From positions 2,914,001-2,978,000 of the forward strand of contig CM039005.1 in the NCBI GenBank assembly GCA_017499595.2: DNA of 64,000 nt. Reading direction: 5' to 3'. This stretch comes from Psilocybe cubensis (taxonomy: Eukaryota). Shown piece after piece: positions 39,524 to 51,388 of this stretch. Under the pieces are notes generated by a model, which searched no databases, was not told the origin of the DNA, and saw only the letters and a list, made by a program, of their open reading frames with translations. The position numbers and the translations under genes are program-made. Every line of letters starts with the position of its first letter. The first letter of the stretch is position 1.

Positions 39524-40156
39524 GGGGCCGCAAAAGGACTTGTATTGTTCTTCTTCTTCGACATTACCTGTCAGCATACAGTCATACAGTCATACAGTAA
39601 AACCTTTTTTGTATCAATCTATTGCTATCCCAACCGTTACCTGTCAAGCTGTTTACATAGACGACGTAGGGTACACATTATCACTGATTGTACAGTGCTG
39701 CTACAATCAACTTTCGTCGTACAAAAAATATTACGCCCATCCAATTCTTTGTATAAAATGACATCAAATTATTTGTTATACTTCAAGTCCCAGTTGCCTG
39801 GGAGAAGTTCAATACAAACTGGCCCGGGCAGGTTATTGGACGCGTGATCAGAACATGGTTAAGAGATGACTGACCCCTGCATATATCCAAATGAATTGTT
39901 TTGTAGCCGGTAGTTATACTCTTATTTTAGATTTAACTTTAAGTTGAGTTAGAGGGAAGTTGATTGCTCCTTTGTGACAAACCCTGGATGCTAGTTGTAA
40001 TTATATTGGGATAAGGCTGGTGAGAGCGATATCTGGAGTATTATTTTTGTATGCGGATATTCGGACCTGGAGGAGCCTTGTTTGGCTGGCCAGTTAGGCT
40101 TAGTTAAGAAACTTAAGTCACGGCGCTAAACAGACCACTCAATATGCAGCATCACG

Positions 40157-41192
40157 ATGTCAAATCAAACAGGTGGGATACCTTGTTTTATGGAATTTTC
40201 AAGTCGGTAAGCGGGTTTAATATTATTGATAGCATTCTGTAGCTCAGCCTCTCCCTCTCGCTGTCGACTCGCCGAAAGTGAAGGTGGTGCCTTTGTTACC
40301 GTCCTCAGGGCCACTTCCTTCTTCGCTCACGCATCCTCCGTCTACATCGTCCCTTTCACATCCACCATCCTCTTCTTCCCCCTCCCCTTCCACACATGCA
40401 CACTCACCACCACCACTACACCCAACCAAAAAATCATCAACGCTCTCTAACACCACCGCCTCCATCAACAAACCGCTCTCATCCATCGACTCTCTCCTAG
40501 CATCCGACGTGCCCACGGGCGCAACACTCGAGATCGGCATCCCATGCATCATCTCGTCGAAGCGGAAGCGGTTTAAGGCGTATGCGAGGTATATTGGCGA
40601 GGTGGTGGGTGAGAAGGGGGAGTGGGTTGGTGTGGAGGTGCCGTTGCCTGCGGGAGGAGTGGGTGGGAGTGGGGATGGGTGGGGGGATGGCTCTGGATCT
40701 GGGATGGCCGGCAGTGGGTTTAGTACTCATAGCGGACATGGGCATGGGAGTGCTGTACTGGACAAGACGGGTGTTGTGGATGATAGACAGTGGAACGACG
40801 GGTCGTGGGGCGGAATCCGATATTTCGAGATTGGGGGTATGCTCTCTGGCTCCGAATTCGACTCTGGGAATCCCACTTGGTACGGCGGCGGCGGCGGCAC
40901 AGACGATCGTGCCGCGCGTCGTAGGCGCCTAGACGGATCGAGCGGCTCTGCCATGGCTGCCTGGGGTACATCTAGCACCGGTGCACTTCGTGGGGACCGC
41001 GATCCGAAGATGCAGGGTTTGTTGAAGAGGGAAGGCGACCAGCTGAGTATTGCGTCGGAGAGGATGAAGAGGGTGCGGAGTGTGAGTCCGGCTGTTTCGG
41101 AGATGTCGGGGTCGGGGGCGGAGTCGAGGGGGTTGTTTGTGAGGCCGCAGCAGGTGCTGTATGTTGTGGATGCTGTTGGAGCGGATTTGTGA
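40157..41192 (+). CDS. Truncated CAP-Gly-only paralog of the BTB/CAP-Gly gene; candidate model 40157-40172 + 40243-41192 (321 aa)
   Basis: 40245-41192 is an open inverted copy of the last ~1 kb of the parent CDS. The candidate first exon ATGTCAAATCAAACAG and 70-nt GT..AG intron give an in-frame join. The first exon is inferred. Confidence 0.5.
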
Positions 41193-43021
41193 GGGTGGGA
41201 TGTGTGGGGGTGGGCGTGGGCGTTGGGGGTGGGGTGGGAGTGGGGGTGGGGTGTGTACCTGGGTCACTTTGAGGGAGGGAGAGTGTGGAGGCTTGGAGGG
41301 TGTGTGTGCTTTTTTCGTTCGTTGATTTCATTTGTCGGTTGTCGTTCGCAAGTCGTTTCTTCCCTTTTGTTTGATTCTGGATTATATGTGTGGTGTAGAT
41401 TTCTTTCTTCTCTTCCATCTTGTTCCTACTTCTGGTTCTGTTCCTGTGCATTTTTCATGTTTTTTTTTGGTTCCGACTAGCTGATCTTCTTTTGATGTAT
41501 TCGAGTTCGAGTTCGAGGTTTGTTGTTTGTGAATTTTTTGGATTTTTTTTCGTTGTTTTGCAATCCGTTATTCAAATATTCAAGTTTTCTTTCGAATGTG
41601 GTCCCTTTCCCTTCGTCTCTGTTTCTCTGTTTCTCTGTTTCTCTCATAATCCGTCTGTCTCTCTCCGATTTCTAATTTCTGACTTCTGATTCTATTTTCC
41701 TTGTGAGTCTGGTTCTGTTCACGATTCACGATGCATGATGTTTCCGTTTCTCGGTTTTTGCCTGCTTTTATGATTTCTTTTTTTTTGGTATTCCACAATC
41801 CCACAATCCCACATACCGTAATCTGCAATCTACACTCTGCAACCCTGCAATCCACAATCCGTAATCATGACCTCACTCTCCGATTTTCTCTTCCCTGCTG
41901 TGTTATACCGTCGTGTTTGTTTTTATTATCATTTGACGATACTGTCTCTATCTCAGTCTCCGTCTCTCTCTCTCTCTCTTCCAGTCTTTGTTTCTCTCAG
42001 TCTTTGTCTCTCTCAGTCTTTGTCTCTCTCTTGTCTTTTTTATCCATTTGCAATTTCCTGTTCTCCAATCCCATTTCCATCTCCCATCTCCCATCTCCCA
42101 TCTCCCATCGAAGTCTTATTCTCCGTTCACCGCTCACCGCTCGACACTCACCGCTCGACACTCGTTTTTTTTATTGGTGATTTTACTACGTACTACGTAC
42201 TACTATTGTTGACTTTCTTTTCGTTTTAATTAACACCCCGATTATTCGTACTCTACACCGCCTATGGCTCACTCGCTCGCTTATTTCTGTTTTAATTGGT
42301 ATACATAGCTATAGATACGTACGTAAAACTACAAAGTATGAGGTATGAGGCACGAGGCACGAGGTAAAGTAGCAAGTAGCACTAGCAAGTATAACTATAA
42401 GCCTGAGTACACCAGACACACTCGTTTAACGTTTAATTCCCATTTTTCTGACAAAATTTTTAGACTTTGGGGATGTGCATTGTGTCGTTCTGTCGTTCTG
42501 TCGTGAGATTTGTTTGGCAGGTTAAACGTGGATTTGCTGTTTGAAGTTTGAAGTGTTGCCGATGCGTGTGGTTACAATTATTCACCTCTTAAAAATGGCG
42601 TCAAAATGATATTTTTATTGACTACGTCGACGTATATACCTTACTGTTTACTTTGAATTTCTGGCATTGGTATCACCTAAATCACCCTCATCTTCATAGT
42701 TTCCGCTCCACCCAATATCAGGTTCTTCGTCCAAGTCCGACTCGTACTCAAACTCCGTATCACTATTGTCCGAGTCAGGCCCAAACGGCCTTTGATAGTA
42801 ATGCTCGTATATCAACTGGCTCAATTCATCCTTCCACAGCCTACTCCTCCGGGGGACCGCTCCTTGATCCGCTACCACCACCTTCAGCGCAATTCCCACG
42901 CGTCTCGCACGCCTGGAAACGACTGTAAGGCAGTATAAGCATTCGAGTAGAGCAATTAAAACACACACACGCACCTTAAAACCTTCAAATATCGCACTAT
43001 CACACATATATTCACACCGAA

Positions 43022-44611
43022 ATGAACGGAACCTCCGGGACTGCCAGAGCCCGGAAAGCTGTCACTGGAAATAGTACAGCAACCCCGGGTACAGGCGATC
43101 CCACGTCAACGGACAAGATGACGAGAAGCAAGGGGACCGTGACAAACGAAGACCTTCAGGAAATCCAGGACTCCCAAGGGGGTCGTTCAATGCTCGAAAA
43201 GAAACAGCTGCTCGTGCCAGCGGGACAAGGTCTCACGGCGGCGAGAGCAGCAATATGTCTGTTCCAAATCTCGCAAATGGACTCGAGGACGCCGGGAGTG
43301 GTAGTGAATGCCATGAGAGGCCTTGCCTTTCTATTAGAAGAAATGGAAATTCCCATCGCAACTCAGGTGTACCACGACGGGTTCGGAGAGGAACTCACCA
43401 CCTTCACAAACGAGATCAAGTCACTCATCACGCACACGCAAGAAAAGGTTGATCAAAAACTTGAGGAGATAACAAAAGCTACGTCAAATCTTATCAAAAC
43501 AGCCGAGGATACTGCAAAGATAACCCCACAGCAGACCCCCCTCTACAGCCAGGTGGCCAGAGGCCACGTATCACACAGTCAAATCGCAGCACAACCGGCT
43601 GTATCAGCCAACCCCAGGCTCCTCGCCAGACACGGAATACGAGCCCGTCAGCTCATGCTAGAAGGAATCGCCAAGGAATCGAAGCTAGGAGCTCACGGCG
43701 ACAGGGAAGCTAAGGACTTTATCAACAAGATCCTCGCCAAACTCGAACCAGAAGGCTCAATACGCATTCGATCGGCAACGAGGCAGCGCAATGGAGGAAT
43801 GCTGGTGGAATTTGACTCGGACTATGGTGCTGCATGGGCAAGGGTTGAGGACAATCGGGACAAGCTGTGTAAGGAGATAGGAGACGACGTTACCACCAAA
43901 AAGCGAACCTACGAAGTCATTGCAATGGGAGCTCCGATAACGGCTGAGCCTGAGGACGCAGATTTCATACAAGAAATAGAGGAGTCCAACAAAATCGAGG
44001 ATGGCACAATAGTGTCGATGCGATGGGCCAAAAAGGTATCCCGACGAGAGCCGGGGCAGAAGTGCGCGCACATCATCATCACGGTCAACGATCCAAAGGA
44101 AGCCAACAGGCTGATTGCCCTCGGTATGTACATTGCTAACAAGCGAGTGAAGGTGCAGAAATGCAAAGTGGACCCGATACGTTGCATGAAGTGCCAAGGC
44201 TACAATCACTACGCGAAGGAATGCACAGCGAAGGAAGACACCTGTGGCCACTGCGGAGCGAAGGGACACCGCACCAGCAACTGTGAAAGAGAGAACATGC
44301 ACTGCATCTCATGCGACGCCGACGATCACCCAAGCTACGCGAGGGAATGCCCCTACTTCAAGAAGAAAGTGGAAGAGAAGGACCAGCGAATCCCTGAGAA
44401 CCGCCTCCCCTTCATCCCAACAGACGAGCCGTGGACCTGGGCCACAAGCGTAGATGCGGCACCCCCTTTCAAGTCAACGTCGAAAAGCTTCCAGCGGGGA
44501 CAATCCCCGAGGTGGACCGTCCAGGACGTCTCGCGGAAGACGACGCCCCGACAGACGAGCCCAGCTAGCCAATCTGACGATGCCAACGAGGAGGCAACCA
44601 AGGAAACCTAG
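43022..44611 (+). CDS. LINE ORF1 (gag-like nucleic-acid-binding protein, 529 aa)
   Basis: Three zinc knuckles: CMKCQGYNHYAKEC, CGHCGAKGHRTSNC, CISCDADDHPSYAREC. Confidence 0.92.
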   Translation: MNGTSGTARARKAVTGNSTATPGTGDPTSTDKMTRSKGTVTNEDLQEIQDSQGGRSMLEKKQLLVPAGQGLTAARAAICLFQISQMDSRTPGVVVNAMRGLAFLLEEMEIPIATQVYHDGFGEELTTFTNEIKSLITHTQEKVDQKLEEITKATSNLIKTAEDTAKITPQQTPLYSQVARGHVSHSQIAAQPAVSANPRLLARHGIRARQLMLEGIAKESKLGAHGDREAKDFINKILAKLEPEGSIRIRSATRQRNGGMLVEFDSDYGAAWARVEDNRDKLCKEIGDDVTTKKRTYEVIAMGAPITAEPEDADFIQEIEESNKIEDGTIVSMRWAKKVSRREPGQKCAHIIITVNDPKEANRLIALGMYIANKRVKVQKCKVDPIRCMKCQGYNHYAKECTAKEDTCGHCGAKGHRTSNCERENMHCISCDADDHPSYARECPYFKKKVEEKDQRIPENRLPFIPTDEPWTWATSVDAAPPFKSTSKSFQRGQSPRWTVQDVSRKTTPRQTSPASQSDDANEEATKET

Positions 44612-45445
44612 ATCAGATGAGTACCAATTCCTCGACAGAACAGGCAAACTCCCAGATCAGAATCCTACAGATAAACCTCAACAAGTCTGAAGTTGCGCAC
44701 CTCGAACTGATCAACGATGATCTCCACGAGCGATTTGACGTTGTGCTAATACAAGAACCACACACCACCCACTTCAAAAATATTCGTACCAACAACAACT
44801 TCCGGCAAGTATATCCTGGAAACCGCAACACGTCAACACCGCGCTCTGGAACGTGGATCAACAAACGACTCAACACCAACAACTGGAGCGAGATCGTCTT
44901 CCCAGATACGGGCGACCTGACCGCAGTACGGATTCAGTGCGAAAGAGGTATAATCTTCATTTTTAATATTTATAATCCTGGACACGAGGGACATACCATC
45001 CGAACGTTACACCAGTATCTGCTCGACAACCGCAATACCATGATGCAGGTAGGCACGCACATGATATGGGCAGGCGATTTCAATCTACACCACCCGATGT
45101 GGGACCGTGATGAAGACACACGTCTCTTCACAAGGACTGCATTAGCGGATGCCGAAAAGCTCATTGAACTGGTAGACACGTACAACATGGCTATGGCACT
45201 GCCAAAAGGACACCCCACGCTCGAACACATGGTCACGAAGAAGCTGTCAAGACCCGACAACGTCTTCTGCTCAGATGGCCTACTCCCGTTTGTCACAAGC
45301 TGCGAAGTCAGGTACGACCTACGCCCGACCAATACAGACCACTACCCAGTCATCACAACAATTGACACAACATACGTTAAATCTGTCGATGTGCCTACCC
45401 GGAACTTCAAACTGGTCGACTGGGAAAAATTCAACAAGACGCTAA

Positions 45446-45895
45446 TGTCAGGGTTTCTCCAGTTTCCCCTCTTTATCTTCACAGAATTATCTTATCCTTT
45501 CATTATCTTATCAATTATCTGATTAGATAGTTTATTTCTTTCATCACAGCCTTCTTGCTCCACTTCTTTCTAGTAAATTCTATATGATTCCTAGTCTTAC
45601 TCATCCTTTTTCTATATGATGTCACTTTTATTCTTTAACCTTCCTTTATGATGTAATGTAGGGAATATTCTAGAATAGCTGTAGAGTATAAATACTGGAC
45701 TTGTAGGTAGCTGTAGCTTCAGCTTCAATCTCTTAGGATATCCACTATCATTGGTGTGATCTCTTAGAACCATTGAATCTCTCTCACTCTCTTATTCTCT
45801 CTTTGCTCTCTTACTCTCCCTCTGCTCTCTCTTTCTCTTTCTTGCTTAATCTTTGTTGGTGGCCTTGTCACACTGATTATAGTGTTGCCCTGACA
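45446..45895 (+). repeat. 5' LTR
   Basis: Termini TGTCAGGG...CCCTGACA; TATAAATA at 45687-45694. Confidence 0.97.
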
Positions 45896-45897
45896 GA

Positions 45898-45908
45898 AGA
45901 TTGAAGCT
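45898..45908 (+). other. Self-priming primer-binding site
   Basis: AGATTGAAGCT, 2 nt after the LTR, is the exact reverse complement of AGCTTCAATCT at 45721-45731, just downstream of the LTR TATA box. Confidence 0.8.
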
Positions 45909-46400
45909 CTCTCAAGACAACTCCACCATCTCTCTTTCAACACCAAACTCTTCACCTCTTCAACCTCTTCAACACCATCACCTCAACCTTCTTCCTCCAC
46001 TTCCAACCCACCAACCTCTTCATCAACCTCTTCACCAATCTTCTTACCAATCTCTACATCTCCACCAATCTTCAACATCCTCCTCAAAACCTTTCCTCAA
46101 GACCTTTCCTCAAGACCTTTGGCTCATCATCTTTCCTACTCTCTGTTGTGTGCTGTGTGTGAACTTAGTAGATAGGGATACCAACTGTTGGGGCAGACAC
46201 AGTCCTACTAGTGTTCTGTTTTTGGTGGTCTAGGAAATATCCAGTAATCCTGTGATCCTAGGTTTAGAGCCCTGAGTGGTGTGACAACTGGGTATCCAGT
46301 AGATAGATATTTTTTTTAGAATACTTAGTATAGTTTCAAGGGCACTTTCAGTAGATAGCTTCTCCCACACACACATCAGAGAGCCTACCTACCCCTACCC

Positions 46401-47510
46401 ATGGACATGGACCCCTCCCAATTGCCTCCCACCACTCCTTCTGTGGAAGAGCTCATGCATCAGGTCCAGCTCCTTACCCAAGAGTTGAATTTTCTTAGAC
46501 AGCAGCAGCAGTCATTATCCACTCCACCACACCCTCAGCAACCAGTCAGTCAGTCACCATCACCACCACCACCACCACCACCTGCTGCTCTAGATATTCA
46601 CTCTTTCCCTACTCCTCATGTTGCCCCTTCCTGTTCACACTCTGCCATTAAAGTCTCACCTCCAGATCCATTTGATGGTTCTATGGAGAAGGCAGAAAAC
46701 TTCCTCAGTCAGCTTAAATTATATTTCTATGGGAAAGGGATTACAGATGACTTTCAGAAAGTTATTTGTGCTCTATCTCATATGAAAGGAGGTACTGCTG
46801 GGAAGTGGGCATATGAGAAGACTAAAGTAATAGACAATGCTCAGTCCCAAGAAGGTCTTTGGGCTGATTTTGTTTATGAATTTAGGGAAGTGTTTGCAGA
46901 TCCAGACCCCTCCAACACAGCTAAGCATAAAATGCACATGCTCAAGCAAGGCAGACAGACTGCTGATGAGTATGTTGCTAGCTTCAGGGCTCTGATCTCA
47001 GATACTGGGTATAATGATGCTGCTTTGGTAGACCAATTCAAGGCTGGGCTTAATGAAAATCTTAGGAATGCAGTCTACTATGTTCCTGACATGCCCAAAA
47101 CCTTGGATGGATGGATTAAATGGAGTACTAGGCTAGATAGGCAGTGGAGACAGAGTGAGGCCTTTACCAAGTCTCTTTCCTCCTCCTCTTCTTCTCCCTT
47201 CCTTAAAGCCCCAACTCCCAAGGCTGTTCCTAAGCCTACTCCAAATCCTCCAGTCTTTTCCAACAGCAGCTCAAGGACCTTTGGTGCTCAGGCAAAGCAA
47301 CCAGATGTAGTTCCCATGGAGGTTGACTCTGGATGGAAGTCAGTTAGGCCAATTGTTTGCTTCAAGTGCAGAAAACCTGGTCATAAGGCTGTAAACTGCA
47401 GGTCATCAGTTAACATCAATGCTATGACCCATGAAGAACTGGCTGACTACTTTGGGAAATTAATCTTGGAAGGCAAGGAGCAGAAAGATGAGGAAAAGAA
47501 AAATTTTTAG
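46401..47510 (+). CDS. gag: Gypsy Gag (369 aa)
   Basis: PDPFDGS, retrotransposon capsid segment LKQG..ADEYVASF, PMEVD, zinc knuckle CFKCRKPGHKAVNC. Confidence 0.95.
   Translation: MDMDPSQLPPTTPSVEELMHQVQLLTQELNFLRQQQQSLSTPPHPQQPVSQSPSPPPPPPPAALDIHSFPTPHVAPSCSHSAIKVSPPDPFDGSMEKAENFLSQLKLYFYGKGITDDFQKVICALSHMKGGTAGKWAYEKTKVIDNAQSQEGLWADFVYEFREVFADPDPSNTAKHKMHMLKQGRQTADEYVASFRALISDTGYNDAALVDQFKAGLNENLRNAVYYVPDMPKTLDGWIKWSTRLDRQWRQSEAFTKSLSSSSSSPFLKAPTPKAVPKPTPNPPVFSNSSSRTFGAQAKQPDVVPMEVDSGWKSVRPIVCFKCRKPGHKAVNCRSSVNINAMTHEELADYFGKLILEGKEQKDEEKKNF
47501..47507 (+). other. -1 ribosomal frameshift slippery heptamer A AAT TTT
   Basis: X XXY YYZ pattern immediately before the gag TAG. pol is in the -1 frame and open through this site. 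Confidence 0.75.
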
Positions 47511-47518
47511 AAGCACCA

Positions 47519-50500
47519 TTGGTGAAAGACATGTCCCAATGGAATAGATTTAATGTACTAGAAAATGAAATTGACAGACTTGATCCTCAGTCTTCAGATT
47601 CTGGTGCAGAAATCATGTCTTCTTCTTCCTCTCTTTCTACCTTCCCTGAAAAGATCTACATCCTCAACCATAATCCTAAAACCTCTACCCATTTGTCTGT
47701 CATCTTAAAGACAATGGACACAGAGAAAAGGTTATCTGTTGATGCTTTGCTTGATTCTGGAGCTACTGGCCTCTTTCTGCATTCTGGTTTTGTGAAGTAT
47801 CATAATCTCAACACAAGGAAACTTCCTAGAGCCATTCCAGTCTATAATGTTGATGGTACTCTCAACAAGAGTGGCTCTATCCATGAGGAAGTAGACTTAA
47901 TTATGGTACACAAAAACCATACAGAAAGGGCCACCTTTGCTGTTTGTGACTTGGGAGACAAATCTGCTATCATTGGACATACTTGGCTTTGGCACCATAA
48001 TCCAGATGTTGATTGGAAGACAGGGGATGTCCAGTTTATTAGATGTCCCTCTGACTGCCAAATGGAAGCCAAAAGAGCCAGAAGAAAGAGGCAGAGAATA
48101 GCTGCAGTCAAAAGGAGGAAACTCCCTCAATTTGATGAAGAAGAAGATGATTCTATTGAAGATTCTTCTGATTCTGAGATTGAGCCTGAGGATAGAATTT
48201 TTATCTCATACCTTCATCCTCAGAAGCAGTCTATTAATGCTACTTCTACTATGTCTCAAAGATTAGCAGAAGAGTCTCATCAGCAAGCTGATTCCCCTAA
48301 GAAAACCTTTGAAGAAACTGTTCCTAAGCACTATCATCAGTTTAAAGGTGTTTTTTCAAAGGAATCTTTTGATAGGCTACCAGACAGAAAGCCTTGGGAT
48401 CATGCTATTGAGCTGAAACCTGGTTCTGAACCTTACAGATCCAAGATTTATCCTCTTTCTCCCAATGAACAAAAGGAACTTGATGCCTTTTTAGAGGAAA
48501 ATCTGAAGTCTGGCAGGATTAGACCCTCCAAGTCACCTATGGCCTCCCCTGTATTCTTTGTCAAGAAGAAGGATGGATCTCTTAGGCTTGTCCAGGACTA
48601 TAGGAAACTGAATGAAATGACCATCAAGAACTCCTACCCCCTTCCATTGATTTCTGACATCATCACCAAACTCAGCAAAGCCAAATACTTCACCAAACTT
48701 GATGTTAGGTGGGGATTTAACAATGTCAGAATCAAAAAGGGAGATGAATGGAAAGCAGCCTTTAGAACCAATAGAGGGCTGTTTGAACCATTGGTCATGT
48801 TCTTTGGTTTAACCAATAGTCCTGCTACCTTCCAAACTATGATGAATGATATCTTTATTGAGCTCATTGATGGAAATGTTGTCATTGTCTACATGGATGA
48901 CATTTTAATTTTCACTGAGACTCTTGATCATCATAGAGAGGTAGTCAAGCAAGTTCTGCAAATCTTAGAACAGAACAAACTCTACCTTAAAGCAGAGAAA
49001 TGTGAATTTGAAAAGGAAAAGATTGAATATCTTGGACTAATCATTTCACAAGGCAGGATTGAGATGGATCCTGTCAAGGTAGAGGGAGTTTCTAAATGGC
49101 CTGAACCTGAAAATGTCAAGGATGTCCAATCATTCTTGGGATTTGTTAATTTTTATAGAAGGTTCATAGAGGATTTTGCAGACATTGCTAAGCCCCTTCA
49201 TGAATTGACAAAGAAAGGAACAGTCTGGAGATGGAGTCTTAGACAGCAGGAAGCCTTTGACCAGTTAAAGAAGAAAGTCACTTCTTCACCTGTCTTGATT
49301 TTCCCTGATGATAACAAGCCATATAAAGTTGAAGCAGACAGTTCAGATTATGCTACTGGGGCTGTTTTATCTCAGGAAGGATCAGATGGGAAATGGCATC
49401 CTGTAGCCTTTATGTCTAAGAGTCTATCTGAAGTAGAAAGGAATTATGAGATCCATGACAAAGAGATGCTGGCTATTATCAGAGCACTAGATGAATGGAG
49501 ACATTATCTTGAAGGAACCCAACATTCCTTTGAGATTTGGACAGACCACAAAAACTTAGAGTACTTTATGGTTGCCCAAAAGCTCAGCAGAAGGCAAGCC
49601 AGATGGTCACTCTTCCTGTCCAGATTTGATTTTACTCTTCATCATAGGCCTGGTAAAAGATCTCTTAAGCCAGATGCTTTGTCTAGGAGACCAGATCATA
49701 AAAAGGGAGAGAATGATAACCAAAATGTAGTTCTCCTCAAACCTTCCTACTTTAAAATCCAGGCTCTCAAGCAGGGCCATGCTACCATTACTGGTGCAGA
49801 AAATGATCTTCTTAAGAAGATTAGAGAAGCTAAGGAGATGGATGAAAAGGTGGTCAAGGCAGTTCAGGAGCTCAAGAAATCTTCTACCAAGAAGATTGAA
49901 GGACAGGAATGGTCAGAAGAACAAGGCCTTATTCTCTACAGGGGGAAGGTGTATGTTCCCAAGGACAAAGATCTTAGAAGAAAGATTGTGGAACTGCACC
50001 ATGATGCCTTCATTGCTGGACATCCAGGGAAATGGAAGACAATTGAGCTAGTCTCTAGGAATTATTGGTGGCCAGGAATGTCACATTTTATTGCAGCCTA
50101 TACCAGAGGTTGTGATAGATGCAACAGAACCAAAACCTTTCCAGCCAAACCTCTTGGCCTTTTAATTCCTACTGAGATTCCCTCTGATGTCTGGCAATGC
50201 ATCTCTGTGGACTTTATTATGGGGTTACCAGAATGTCAAGGGTATAATGCCATTATGGTGGTTGTGGATAGACTTAGTAAAATGATCCACATTATCCCTA
50301 CTACAGATGAAGTCACTTCTGAAGGGACAGCCAGACTATACAGAGATTATATCTGGAAACACCATGGCTTACCCATTAAAATTCTGTGTGATAGAGGTCC
50401 ACAGTTTGTCTCAAGGTTTATGAAAGAACTCAACTCAATACTTGGTATCCAGACAGCCTCATCTACAGCCTACCATCCCCAAACTGATGGTCAGACTGAA

Positions 50501-51388
50501 AGAGTTAACCAAGAAATTGAGCAGTATCTTAGACTCTTTATAAACCATAGACAAGATGATTGGGTTGAATGGTTAGCTCTAGCTGAATTCTCTTATAACA
50601 ATAGAGTTCAGGCTTCAACCAGGCAGACACCATTCATGCTCAATAATGGCAGACATCCCAGAATGGGCACTGAACCCCTTAGAGATAGTAAAATGGACAC
50701 TGTGGATACCTTTGTGAAAAATATGGAAGAAGCCAGAAAAGAAGCAGAGTCTGCACTTAGAAAAGCTGCTGATGATATGGCTAAATTCTATAATAGACAC
50801 AGAGGTACTCCAACTCAGTACAAAGTTGGGGATTTGGTATGGTTAGATGGCAAGGACCTCAAAACTGATAGGCCCTCCAAGAAATTGGATGATAAAAGAT
50901 ATGGGCCTTACAAAATTACCAAAGTTATTAGCCCTAATGCCTATGAGCTTAAGCTGCCATCTACCATGAAAATCCATCCAGTGTTCAATGTGGTTAAACT
51001 TCTACCTTATTACCCAGATATTGTAGGAAGAAAGCCTCCTTCTAGACCACCTCCTGTCATTCAAGGAGAAAATCCTGAGTGGGAAGTTGAATTTATCAAG
51101 GACAGCAGACTTTTTAGAAACAAACTTCAATATTTGGTCAAGTGGAAGAACTATCCTAATGAAGAATGCACTTGGGAGCCTGCAGAGCATTTGAAAAATG
51201 CTTCTAAGGCTATCAAGGACTTCCATGCCAAACATCCTTCAGCACCTAGAAGGATTTCTGCTGTGACCTTTGATAGACTTTCTTTCACTCCTATTATTAA
51301 CTTTACTGAACCTCCTCCTCTTCTTAAACCCTCTAAACTAACCCATCCATGTGCACATTGTGGAAAATGTGCCTTAGAGAGGGGGTGA
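47519..51388 (+). CDS. pol: Gypsy Pol polyprotein with chromodomain
   Basis: Protease LLDSGA, RT YMDD, RNase H ADSSD..RNY..KE, integrase H..H..CDRC, DF..DRG..E, GPY, chromodomain WEVEFI..YLVKWKNY..TWEP. Confidence 0.97.
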   Translation: MVKDMSQWNRFNVLENEIDRLDPQSSDSGAEIMSSSSSLSTFPEKIYILNHNPKTSTHLSVILKTMDTEKRLSVDALLDSGATGLFLHSGFVKYHNLNTRKLPRAIPVYNVDGTLNKSGSIHEEVDLIMVHKNHTERATFAVCDLGDKSAIIGHTWLWHHNPDVDWKTGDVQFIRCPSDCQMEAKRARRKRQRIAAVKRRKLPQFDEEEDDSIEDSSDSEIEPEDRIFISYLHPQKQSINATSTMSQRLAEESHQQADSPKKTFEETVPKHYHQFKGVFSKESFDRLPDRKPWDHAIELKPGSEPYRSKIYPLSPNEQKELDAFLEENLKSGRIRPSKSPMASPVFFVKKKDGSLRLVQDYRKLNEMTIKNSYPLPLISDIITKLSKAKYFTKLDVRWGFNNVRIKKGDEWKAAFRTNRGLFEPLVMFFGLTNSPATFQTMMNDIFIELIDGNVVIVYMDDILIFTETLDHHREVVKQVLQILEQNKLYLKAEKCEFEKEKIEYLGLIISQGRIEMDPVKVEGVSKWPEPENVKDVQSFLGFVNFYRRFIEDFADIAKPLHELTKKGTVWRWSLRQQEAFDQLKKKVTSSPVLIFPDDNKPYKVEADSSDYATGAVLSQEGSDGKWHPVAFMSKSLSEVERNYEIHDKEMLAIIRALDEWRHYLEGTQHSFEIWTDHKNLEYFMVAQKLSRRQARWSLFLSRFDFTLHHRPGKRSLKPDALSRRPDHKKGENDNQNVVLLKPSYFKIQALKQGHATITGAENDLLKKIREAKEMDEKVVKAVQELKKSSTKKIEGQEWSEEQGLILYRGKVYVPKDKDLRRKIVELHHDAFIAGHPGKWKTIELVSRNYWWPGMSHFIAAYTRGCDRCNRTKTFPAKPLGLLIPTEIPSDVWQCISVDFIMGLPECQGYNAIMVVVDRLSKMIHIIPTTDEVTSEGTARLYRDYIWKHHGLPIKILCDRGPQFVSRFMKELNSILGIQTASSTAYHPQTDGQTERVNQEIEQYLRLFINHRQDDWVEWLALAEFSYNNRVQASTRQTPFMLNNGRHPRMGTEPLRDSKMDTVDTFVKNMEEARKEAESALRKAADDMAKFYNRHRGTPTQYKVGDLVWLDGKDLKTDRPSKKLDDKRYGPYKITKVISPNAYELKLPSTMKIHPVFNVVKLLPYYPDIVGRKPPSRPPPVIQGENPEWEVEFIKDSRLFRNKLQYLVKWKNYPNEECTWEPAEHLKNASKAIKDFHAKHPSAPRRISAVTFDRLSFTPIINFTEPPPLLKPSKLTHPCAHCGKCALERG
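51376..51385 (+). other. Polypurine tract
   Basis: AGAGAGGGGG lies 3 nt before the 3' LTR. Confidence 0.8.

Noticed and set aside
44617..45522. Stand-alone 301-aa endonuclease gene
   Set aside because: It is the 5' part of LINE ORF2 running into the Gypsy LTR.
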